In this document: positions 47,089-59,209 of the stretch, in pieces | How positions within the stretch are numbered: the stretch's first letter is position 1 | Layout of the letters: each line of letters begins with the position of its first letter | Origin: Chrysomallon squamiferum | Taxonomy: Eukaryota > Animalia > Mollusca | Reading direction: 5' to 3' | Length of the DNA: 64,000 nucleotides | Assembly: GCA_012295275.1 (NCBI GenBank) | Contig: CM022679.1 | Span: 28,768,001 to 28,832,000 of the forward strand | The notes under the pieces: model-generated | Database searches by the model: none | What the model was told of the DNA's origin: nothing | The model's input: only the letters and a program-made list of their open reading frames with translations | Program-made: the position numbers and the translations under genes

Positions 47089-48764
47089 TTTTTATTTTTT
47101 TCTCCACAGCACTGAAAACAAAATACAAACATGAATTATTCATGTAATCAGAAGTGATGACACGATTGTGGTGGGTTGAGATGAAGAAAGAAGATGAAAA
47201 CTGAATCCAGACTGGCTTACTGAATGTCACTTTAACATGATTCTTATTTAAGAACACAAATCAGATGCTCACAGATGAATCAGACATTAAAATATGTAGA
47301 GATAGAGATGGAAATATCATTAAATAAGAAAAATATGAATCTTTTTCCAATAAAATGTTCTCAGGGAACATTTTACATTTTACAGAGGAATTCAATACAT
47401 ATATTTTAAGAAAAACTCTAACGTCGTGTAATGCACAATCACCTAGGCTTTACTGAATTTTTGAACCAAATAAAATATTCTTACTCATCTTTTGGAGATT
47501 TTGTCTGAATTGAATTTATGTTTACCACGATCCCCAACAAAATATAAATAAATAAATAAACAAAGAGAATAAAACAAGTATTTAAAATTAGCACCAACAA
47601 GAAGGAATATACACAAAAAAGTGAATTCCAAACACAGTACACAATGTCTATGGTACCATTTAATTTAATAACAATATTGTTAATGACTGAAGCATAGTGG
47701 AAAACTGTTACAAGTTTTCAAAGATAATTAAAAACTATAAACACCATGTCCCATTAAGGCAAAGCATTTTATTGTGTCATGATTTTTTTTGTTTTTTCAA
47801 TTTTTTAATATGTATATTTATAAGTTTTAATTTTCTGTAATACATCACAACAGAAAAGTTAAAAAAAGATTTAAAAGAAATGTCAGAAGTACAGATGCCC
47901 CGTCTAAACTTGTTTCTGTTGTTGAAAAATTATGTTTTTAATTGTTGTTTTTCTTTTAACATCAAAATAACATAATAAGGTATACACCAGCTCATGATAA
48001 AATTTATAAAATGACATTTGCAAATATTTTGATAAAACACAAACATTTATTTATGTATTTATTTCATTTACTTTATTTCATTTATTTATCATGATCTTAA
48101 AATATATTTTTAAAATTTTTATGTTTTTTTTAATATATTTTGCATTAGTTATAAACAGATATTAAACCATCTCCATTTACTGCATCATTCTCATATATAA
48201 TTAAATGACACAAAAATCATATCTCTGTACAAATACAGTTTAGTCAAAGGGCACTGTACTAGTAATGTCTTAAGATTATACAGACACATGTCTGCCTTTA
48301 TAAAGCAGCCAGGTCTTTTGTTAAAATTACTCTAACAACTATAACTCAACAACACATCGTGCACATCAACACTGGTACATTATATAAAACATGTATCTGC
48401 AGCTACACACATACCAGAAAGATGCATGCCCAGGCCTGACTTAAATTATATACAATTTAAAACAAGAGATAAAAAGTTGTTTTGAAAAACTGATGTGGAA
48501 TAGGTGTATTCATTTTTCTTAATAATAATTAACAATTTTTAAGAAAGATTTTGATCAGTTTTCATTAAGAATAAAATATTTGTCATCATACTCAAGCATG
48601 TTATATGAACAAAAATGCAGAAAAATGCTTTCAAATTATGTTTTCAATCCATTAAAATCGAATTCATTTAAAAAAAAATAATAACAGTAATGATGATGTT
48701 CAATAGAAGATAAAGATAAATGTAGTAAAAAGCACAAGATCATTTTGGTTACAATTAATTTAAT

Positions 48765-48795
<31 letters not shown>

Positions 48796-50246
48796 CAATA
48801 AAATAATAATTATAATGATGACTATAATAATAATGATGATAATACGATTATGAAAAAGAAAAAGAAATTCTTGAGCCATGGTTACTTTGTGTGACAATCC
48901 TCCCCTGGCAACCTATTTCCCATTCCAGCCAATGACTGGACTGTAACACAATTATGGTATGTACTGTCCTGTGAGAAGATAAAAAAGACCCCTTGATGCT
49001 AATGAAATGGTGTTTGAGGGTTTGTCACTAATTTGATACACAATATTAATAATATATATATATAAATATATATATTAGCTCCACAACAATAACCATTAAA
49101 TATGTTGACACTTTAATTTACTCATTAAAGGAAATGCAAGCTGTTATTCACACATAATTTTCCAGTTAAGTCACAAAGGTAAATATTGATATACACTGAG
49201 AGTAAATAACCTAAATAATTGTCAAACATAAATAAATATTTTAAATAATTTTCTGTTTCCATAAATCATATTTTTAAATTTAAATATTTGTGTGACAGTA
49301 GCATAAAACATGATTTTTGATAACAGAAATGTTAAGTTATTTTTGACAAATAAAATTAACATAAATAAACAAATAAATAAATAATAGGATCACTGAATGT
49401 CAGAAACTGGATGTTGTACTTTAAGTCATTAAGTATACAAATTCACTCCTATCTTTTTTTTATTTTCTACTTTTTTCTTTTCTTTTTTAATCTGGGAAAA
49501 AATGCCCAATTTAGTTTAGATCTATTAAACAATGAGTTTAATTTGAAAAATCTATATTACTGTCTCAGAATTCTATATTTTCATCCCAATAACATTAAAG
49601 TTAGCAATTAATGCTTAGTAAGTGCTATTGAAAATATTCAAGCCAGGAGAGATACATACAAAGTTCTGCATGACAGCAATCTGACTAGACAAATGCAGGC
49701 AACTGTTAATATGTGGAAGCAATGACATCACAATATACTGATACTATACATAGCATAGAATATATTCATATTCACACATTCCAGGCCTCATGTTTACTTA
49801 AATTTTTATGTTGTACTCAAAAGCAATTTCTACTTACAAAATCATTTTTCTAATTTCTTTTCCTGTTAAATTAGTAAAAATGTAATATTTATTTAGGAAG
49901 CTAATCCATGTTTAAATTTTCCATTCTTTTTAATAAAAAATTAAAATGCCTGACTGGTTTAAAGCATAATTCACAAGAGTTCCATTTGTTTGATAAAAAT
50001 AGTTATATAAAACAGTCATAATGGTGTTTAAATTGATTGAAAGAATTCTTATTTTGCCATTTCTTAGAACTATTGGGGCAACTCTATTTGTAGAAAAGAA
50101 GCACAATTTAACAAACATTGTCTTCACAAATCAAATCCAATCCTGAATGCCAAAAGATATTTTTATTTTTTATTTTTTTTATTTTTATTTTTTATATATA
50201 TGGTTAATTAAAAAAATTATAATAAAATAAAACCTATAACAAATAT

Positions 50247-50278
<32 letters not shown>

Positions 50279-50282
50279 TTAC

Positions 50283-50334
<52 letters not shown>

Positions 50335-52438
50335 TTTTGAAAAGTTATCACTTAAAACTTTCAAATAAAACAAACCTATCCAAATTTAAAATGTTTTTAA
50401 TGAACCAGTATAGTTTATTGCACAGATTTTAATAAATGACTACATTTTTTTGGTATTATTTTGTACTAATTAATGATTGATCAAACCTGAATAACATGAA
50501 TCATTGATGAACTAGCTCTAAAAAAAGTATACACTTATATTATATAAGTACATCTTTCATCAAATACATTGATATACATTTGTGATGTTAGTTATACAGC
50601 CTAAATATATTGTGTACTTGTATGTCTTTATTTCATTTCAAGATAAAAGCAAACTGTAATAATAAAAAATTACAAATATTACATTTCAAGTCATCTCTGA
50701 ACACTGCTGATTTACTGTTCTTTTTAATTTATGTTTCACATCAGATTTTAGGCAAAAACAAGAGAAAACCTATAAATGAAAGTTAAGAATGTTATAAACT
50801 TATAACTACCCATCAGGTTTTTCAGTGCAATAAATTGTGTATTTTCTATTTACTTCTGTCAAGTGCAATGAATTGTATGTTTTTTAAATGTATATATTCT
50901 ATGATGTATATTAAACTGTGTATATTCTTTCAAGTATGTTAAGCTGCTTTTCTTTTATATTAAATTGTGTATTTTATATTATGTATAGTATAGCGTATCA
51001 ATTACATCATATTTTATATATATCAGAAGATAACAATGGATTAAAAAAAAAAGATATTGTGAGATTCATATTAACAAGTGAGTTCAAATAAATTCATTGA
51101 AATTTTCATACACATAATTAAATTAAAAGAAATGATTTGTGAGTGTTTTCTTTGCAATGTGCATGTTAAAAATATGAATGCATTGATTTGCAATGATGCA
51201 TTGAGAAGCAGTTTCAAATGAATATGATGAATGTGATAAACAAATGTTTTGTCAGGTTATTTGTGTTGTTGGCAAACACATTAATCACAAACTGATGCCA
51301 AAGTTTGCTACCTTTTATTTGACCTCTGATTTTCTGCCAAACAATTAGCTTTTGTTTGTATTTCTCTAATATTGTCACTATCTATTCTTTGTTTATTATG
51401 TTGCCAGTGTTAAAACTGTTTAATCACACAATCATAGCAAAGTAGTATTTGGGTTGACGATATAATCTTAATTAGATTAAATCATTAACTTTTATATTGT
51501 TCATATACTTTTTGGTTTCATTTTGTGTATTTTGTTTTTCTTCTGATTTTTTATTTTTTATTTTTTATTTTTTATTTATTTTTTTATTTATTTATTTATT
51601 TTACTTTTTGAAATTGACAAAGGTTATACAACTGGAATCTGTTATTATTTTAGTGATTTGTTACATTTAAACAGGTTCTGTTATCTGCTCTTAAAAACAT
51701 TTACAGATAATAATAAATTTCATTTCCTAGGAGGTAATTAATTATCTTTAACTATGTAAGATATATTATTTGTTTTAATTTTTTTTTTTTTTTTTTTTTT
51801 TGTTATTTTATTCAACATAACAGCTAAGACTGTTCACTTGGAATTAATAACTATTTAGTCAAATCCTAGTGAAAATGTGGTAGAAAAAGCCTTTGACTAT
51901 CAACATTTGTTTTTGTTTTTTGTTTACATAGCTCTTTTTGAACAGGTTTGTTTGCAAATTTCCAAAAGAAAAAAGAAAAGAAAGTATGAGAAGAAAAACA
52001 GGCACAAAACAACAAATTAAATCAACGTGTAAAATATTTACTGGATGATCTTGCTTTAGAAATCTTATTCATTCCATATCTGACTCTTTTTTTTGTTCTC
52101 ATATAATCAGAAAAAGCATTGCTGATGTCATACAAGCTGCTGTTTGATAAACTCTGATGTGTAAAATGCATCATGAACAATGATGATAGAAGTAGTACAT
52201 GGTGATCTTGCTGCAGATGCTCCTGTTTCAACGGTGGAATACAAAGAACAAAATAATGAGGCACATGGTCTTTCACAACATAATTCTGTGATGGATCATC
52301 TTCTTTATAAAATATATAATTTAATGCAGATCTTGAGCTTTTTTTTGTTGTTGTTCTTGTTCATCATTTTTATCATTTTGTTTTTTGCTTCAGATGTACA
52401 GACTTTATCCAAGAGTAATTATTTTTAAACTTATCATT

Positions 52439-53345
52439 TTACTCTTTGACATTTTGATTCTGTCGATCATTTTCATACTCTACAAAATCATCCAGTAGAC
52501 TTGGCCAAGCTTCAGTGTCATCATAGGTGCTAAGATCATCTCCTACCTGCTCAATAAAATTTAAAAACATATCCCAGGTGTCTTTTGGAATGCCTCGTAT
52601 AGTTGGGTGCTTTTCAATGAATTCTAACCAGTGATCTAACATGGCAGGTTCATGCTGAGAAAACACTAACTTCCAAAGACTGACTGCCATATCAACAGGC
52701 AAAGTCCTTTGTCCTGATTCGCTGTCCAGACCAAACTTGTATGTCCAGCGATAAAGTTCTTTGAATGACTGCTTGTTCTGCACCTCAGCCAGAAGTTCGG
52801 GAAACTTTGCCTGGATAGCTTTGATGGAGTCGCATTTGAGATTCTTGCAACCGTTTGTGAATTCCTCTTTTGTGAATCGACACATCATTTCAGCCTCAAA
52901 CTTCCAAGCCAGCACCAGCACAATAAACTCTTCCGGTCGCACGTCGAGATCGCTGCAGAATTTCTCTATGCCTTCAGCAAGCATTGCATTTTCATTAGGA
53001 TCTTTGTACAAATCAAACAAGAGCAAGGCTTTAGGCTTCAGAGAAATCTTTAGCAATCAGTGACGTTCTCTTGCTGTCTCCGTTTGTCTTGCTTTTTGCT
53101 ATTGGTGGAAGTTTTGTGTATTGAGCAAACATTTTCTTCTCTGTGGGTGACACAAGAGGTTTGCCGACAATGACTGGATTACTGCTGTCAGAGCTGGATA
53201 CAGGATGCTTTGTGTCCTTGGAGTCTGATGTGGAGAATCCAGTGGATGAGCGTGAGTGAGAGGTGGGGATTGCTGGTGGGCTAGTCGGTGTTAGATTAGT
53301 ACCAGGAGGCCCTGGTGGCTCACAACATGACAGACACTTTCCCAT
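52439..53345 (-). CDS. DCUN1D3: DCN1-like protein 3 (cullin neddylation co-E3, ~301 aa); one extra base at ~53033-53035
   Basis: Lipidation-type N-terminus MGKCLSCC; PONY/cullin-binding domain (EGIEKFCSDLDVRPEEFIVLVLAWKF...RGIPKDTWDMFLNF...DDTEAWPSLLDDFVE). Single coding exon with acceptor at 53380; the two track ORFs join at DFSEA/KALLLF after removing one base. Confidence 0.92.
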
Positions 53346-53426
53346 TGGAGTACCAAGCCTCTCCACTTGTTAACATAAGCCTGCAAAAACAGATTATTAT
53401 TGTTGTTATTATTACTGTTATTATTA

Positions 53427-53488
<62 letters not shown>

Positions 53489-54516
53489 CAACTATTATTA
53501 AAACTATTATAAATATTATTATTATTTTAACTATTATCATCATCATCATTAATTATTACTATAATTTTCAAAGCATATGATAAATCCTTTAATTTTTCAC
53601 AAGTCGGATATTACTGAAGTAAATGATACAAAATGAAAATGGTATTTTGTGTTTAAATAAGTAAATCTAATGTTGCAGAGATTGGTTTTTTATATTATAA
53701 TGCTAAAGGCAAGAGATGCTCCACATATCCACAAAAATAATTAATTTAATAAATAACTTTTATGACAGCAAATGTATTACTCAAGTGTGTCGTGATAAAA
53801 GAACAAGAAAGGCAGGTGGGTGCTTCATTAACATTTATATTAATATATTTATTATAAATTATTGTAAGCCTTTCTAGAAAATGTAACATTTGCTTTATAA
53901 GGTATTTTGAATATAATCTAAAAAAAAATATAATATTTATGGAACAGTTTTCATTCATTATTAATGTCATTATTTTAAAAATCTGCAATGTTCAAACTAT
54001 AATAATAATAAGAAGAAGAAGAAGAAGAAGAATATGGCTACACAAATTTAAAATTAACTAATATTTTCACATTATCAGAAAGAACAATACAACCTTTTAC
54101 ATAAACAATGTCTGAATCGGTAAAAAATGAATCCTAAGCATAATGTAACTATCATCTATCAAAAAAGAACATTAAAATTAAATTCAGTACAAACACAACT
54201 AGGATATTAAAAACAATAAAACATATTTCTGCACACTGCATAGCATATACAAATATGTATCTTCTGAGATACGTTACATAATCAATAAGTAACATATATA
54301 AATAATTTATTTATTCACAACTTTGCATACCTTCCATTTTTAAACTGATAATATATACCTTCCATTTTTCAACTGGTAATAACATATACCTTCCATTTTT
54401 CAAGTTATAATATTCCAAAACATTCTTGTGTGTTTCAAGTAGTAAAGTTACATTTCATAGTCCCAAAACCTTTCAGAAAATATTAATGCCTGTTATATAA
54501 AAAGGTTATCTATTCT

Positions 54517-54645
54517 GTAACCTTGGTAACAATAGAGTTATGGTAATTACAGTATCATACATTCATGTCACCTAAATTATTTTACATCACAGTGATCATC
54601 AAGCCAATCATGTCAAAATATTATCCAGTTTGTAACCTTGGTAAC
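54517..54645. promoter_or_regulatory. Two identical X-boxes (GTAACCTTGGTAAC) flanking a CCAAT box in the DCUN1D3 5' intron
   Basis: 14-mers at 54517-54530 and 54632-54645 match GTNRCC-N(0-3)-RGYAAC; AGCCAATCA at 54602-54610. Confidence 0.5.
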
Positions 54646-56816
54646 ACGATTCATTTGAAGGCTCTTGGATGTTCCGTGAAGACATTTCTTTGAACATTCA
54701 TGTCATGTCAGCTGTTTTATAAACACAAACAGAATAATTAATACAGTTCTATTACTAACAGACTGAATCATTCACACTTCTCTATGTACCAGTAGTATAC
54801 AACACAGGTAACTTTGGTTACACCCACATTCTGATCAATACTGGGTCCTGTCAAAAGTAATGATGTAAAATGTTATTTCTATTTCATGACCTTAAAACCC
54901 AGTGAAATAACTTACAATCAGGCAGCCATAAATAACACAAAAACTTTCAGCTCATGATGTAAGCATGTTCACAAAATAATCATACTAATGTGATGAATTA
55001 ACTCTGAATATAAATTTCTGAACATGAATATTTTACCCACAATAAATTAAGGTAAATAGAAAGATAGATGGACTGACTGACATAAACACACACACACACA
55101 CACACACATTTATTTATAAACAGATCTATAAAATTAAAAATTTAAATTTAAAAAATTAAAAGATTGCTATGAAATTACTTATTTTTGTAAACACATTTTA
55201 AAATGTGTACAAAAAAAACTTTCCTAAAAATTGAAAATATCACCAATGAAAAATTGACAAAAGTGAAAAATAAAAAAAATAAAAACAAATCTGAAGCAGA
55301 CACAAAATATCCGGCACCAGTTTACTATCAATACAGACCTATTTCCAAACAAAAGAGAACCAAGGTTATGTTTAAAAGCATATCATTAAATTTATCCTCA
55401 AACCTTGGTAATTCTGAGTTTTTGCAACCAACTCATGTACAAACTATATCAAGAATTAGAATACTGAAATCTGTTAGAAAATATTTCTATTATTCAGAAC
55501 TAGAATTGAAAAGGATGCAGTGAAAATTTATATTCTCCTGAAATAACTGAATCTGCTAGTTTAATATTGCCATGCAGAATTACAGTCCAGCATATTGTTG
55601 ATTTTGTCTTTTTGCTCTGTAACTGTTTTGTTATTTTTGTTTTTTTACTTAATTTTATTTCATTGTTATTATGAAAGAACAATAAAGACAACAACAGCTG
55701 CCTTTTATTACTTTTTTCTATCCATTTTTCTTCCATTTAAATGTTAAAATGCTAAAATAAGATAATTGTGTTAATTATTATCTATGTATAATCTATACAG
55801 AGAGGTATATACTGAAAAGTATTAAATGTTAAAAATAACATTTTTGTTATTTATTATCTATGTATAATGTATAAAAAGTCATATATTGATATTGTTTTTG
55901 TTAATTCTTATGTATAGAAAGGTGTTTACTGAAAACATTAAATGTTTAAATAACAGATTTTACTTGATTATTGTGTTATTACCGAGTCATATATTTTTTC
56001 ATTCAAGGATAGTCTTTAATCCACAAAATAATCATATTAATGTGTGGCTTAAAATGATTAATTACACTGATTACGAAACTTGCTGTTAATTAATTTTTAA
56101 TACAAAAACTATCAGATTACAATACCTTTACAATGTCACTTAATTCCAGAGACTGTTAATTTGTTTACTGTGCAAACCCATGCATCTCCCAGGTACACAC
56201 CCACACTCACACACACCCACATCCACACAAACACATTTATATAAAAAGACACTCCTAACAAAGAGTAAAAAAACATAAATAAATTTTAAAATAACAAATA
56301 CATCACCCATCTAAAAATAACTACAGCTAATGTAAAAATGAAATAACAAGCCTGGACTGCTATTAACATTTTATCCTCTGAAGTTATTAATAAACACAAC
56401 CTCCTGCTGTCAGCTGCAACATGAAAGCCTTAACCCAGGAAAGTTGTATGTACACCAAGACCAAACAAAAATTTCCTACATATAACACACACACACTGTT
56501 GTAAACTTCACTACAGAGCTGTTCCTCTAACTTCTAAGTTTAGGTCCACCTTTGGCTGAGTCATGATTTCTGCCCAGGCTTGTTATGATATAATTATATA
56601 TATTTATATACGGTCCTTAATTATGCAAATTACTGAGTATAATGACACAATCAATTTTCCTTTGCTAGAGTATTATCTCTTTTTATATGAGCATTGTGTC
56701 TTAAGCTTTTAACTTCCTATTTCAAATACTGGAGAAGAAAACAATTCTTATTTGGGGGATTCTCTGTTTGTTTATCACTTGTTGGGGTTTTTTCATAAGA
56801 TTTTTTTTTTCTTGCA

Positions 56817-56852
<36 letters not shown>

Positions 56853-57779
56853 TTTAACAATGTAATAATTTAAAATAAATCTAAATAATAATGATGATAA
56901 TAATAATTATAAATATGAATACCTTTTGGCATTACTATGATATCAGTGTATCAAAACAACTGAATAAAAAATATATTTGAAAATTGAAAAAGCAACGAAA
57001 AAAGGAAATTATTATATCCATCATGATATTATAATATGACTTTATTATTCATCATCGCTATTTATAGTTATTGACTAACTATAAGTAAACTGGACTGTCT
57101 ATATTTGAATTTCTTTTTTTCAATATTTTTCAATAAACCTTAGAATAAAATAATAATAAATAGGATAACTTCATTAACAAGTGATTAAATGTTTTTATTT
57201 CACACCCAGCTACAATTACAGAACTTAGAAGTATAGTGTCATTTCTCATTGTGCTAGAATAATGTATGAAAATTATTTAAAGATAAATGACTTTGTATGG
57301 TTTATTCTGCATTTAAAAAATATTGTTATATCTTTATTTTTTTTTTTTTTTTTTTATTGTTGCTCATATATATGTATATATATATGTATGTATGTATGTA
57401 TGTATTATGTATGTCTGTATGCATGTATGTATAGTTTTTGTTTTAATTCTACTTTTTAGGTTTTTATTCTTACTTTCTTTACTTCTTTTTTTTTAACTTA
57501 GATATCTACTTCTACTAAGATTTTTTTTTATTTTTACATACTGATATAAAATGCTGATCTTACCAGCTGACGAAGATACGGAAATAGAACAGTCAATAAA
57601 GCTTACTTCCACCATCACTGAATAATGCAACGATGTATAAAATATTTCGTATGTTTTTAATCAAATCAAGATATGTAAAAGTGTTATATGTCTACGTTCA
57701 AAATTAATTCTGCATTGAAGAAAGTCTGTCTTAAAACGCTTAGCATCAAGGTGTCTATTCTCAGCCACTGCCAGCCAGT

Positions 57780-58045
57780 GGTTGTCAAAATCGCGATTTC
57801 GTAACAGTATCTGATCGTTGCTTACCCTCTTTTGGAGCCCCAGGACGCCGTAGAAACACCAAACGGCATCCCTGGTGTTTCAGAAGATTTCCATCAGCAG
57901 CTTTACTATTTACTCGCGGTCTGTGAAAAGCAGAAAATCTGTCAGAAACAAAAGTAAACCCAGTTCCACAAAAATTCTAAAACATGGACGACTTCCTGTT
58001 TTTCTATGACGTCACTTCAAGGTGCGCGAATTGTGGAGGCCCATA
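57780..58045 (-). promoter_or_regulatory. Putative DCUN1D3 promoter and non-coding first exon
   Basis: CpG-richer island with CRE TGACGTCA (58007-58014) and ETS-type ACTTCCTG (57991-57998); minus-strand donors AGG|GTAAGC at 57826 and TGG|GTAAGA-type at 57564. Confidence 0.55.
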
Positions 58046-58176
58046 TAGGAGATATATTTTAATTTCTGATTTTACATTTTTGTATTTGTGCTTTTTTTTT
58101 GCTTTTTTTCATTTTGCTTTTGTCGTTTTACAAACTTCAGCATCGTGTTTCTATTCATGTTAACTTGTATTGTTAA

Positions 58177-58217
<41 letters not shown>

Positions 58218-59209
58218 TACCATTAAAATTAACCAAAAGTGAATTTGTACAAAATGTTTTTGCTTTTTTCAATTTTTTTATTTACAAGTACAGAATTGTT
58301 GATTAGTTTGTTAGTAATGCATAAGCAAGATAAAAAAATATAAAAAAGAAAAGAAACCTATTCAGACATTAAATTAACAAACTCTCACAGAAATATGCCA
58401 CAAAAAACTATTCATGAATTCACTGCCAAATAATAAATACAACACTAACTGAATATTCATTTAATAAAATGTATATGTAAAACAAAATACAATGTGATCC
58501 TCGGATTTTTAAAAACATTTAATTCAGATATTGAAAATAAGTCATAGAAACTATTACATAATCTGATATCCGAGTATTTTATACAATAGATACAAAACTT
58601 GATCTGAAATTATTTTCAAACCGGAAAAAAGCAAGTTCACTGTATATATGGAAATACTTTTATCAAATCAGATGTTATTATGTCAAAGATATCAACAAAT
58701 TTCTCTATCAGAAAAATCAACAATATTCATTCAATATAAAAATTCTTTCACCTTTATTATCAATAAAATAAACAAATGTTTTCTTTCTTCTGATCTTGCA
58801 GAAGACAATGAAACACAATTAACTTGCTGCATTATTAGATGTAAACAAAATATTAAAACTGTTTCATTGTAAATTTTTAATACCTGTTATTGAAGAACTA
58901 TCAAATGAAATCTAAAACTGTTAAAGAATAGAATCAGGTATATATATTTCTGAAGATATTTCTATATACTCATTGTGACCACTAATTCAAAAACCAAAGA
59001 AGAAAAAAGTGGAATCTATTAATGTTTGTATTTGTTTATCCCAAAATAAGCAACAAAAAAAACCAACACAGCATTAATACTAAATAAAGTCTGATATTTG
59101 TAATATTGCACTAAAAAAAAAAAAATTCCTCTATGATTGGAGATTATTAAATTTAATCTTGTCTTTCATTTCAGAGTTTAAAAAAATAATTATTATTTTT
59201 AAAATCCAA

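Noticed and set aside
47100-52430. Hidden gene in the 5-kb AT-rich stretch downstream of DCUN1D3
   Set aside because: No credible exons or RNA-gene signatures seen; most simply a long 3' UTR or intergenic DNA.
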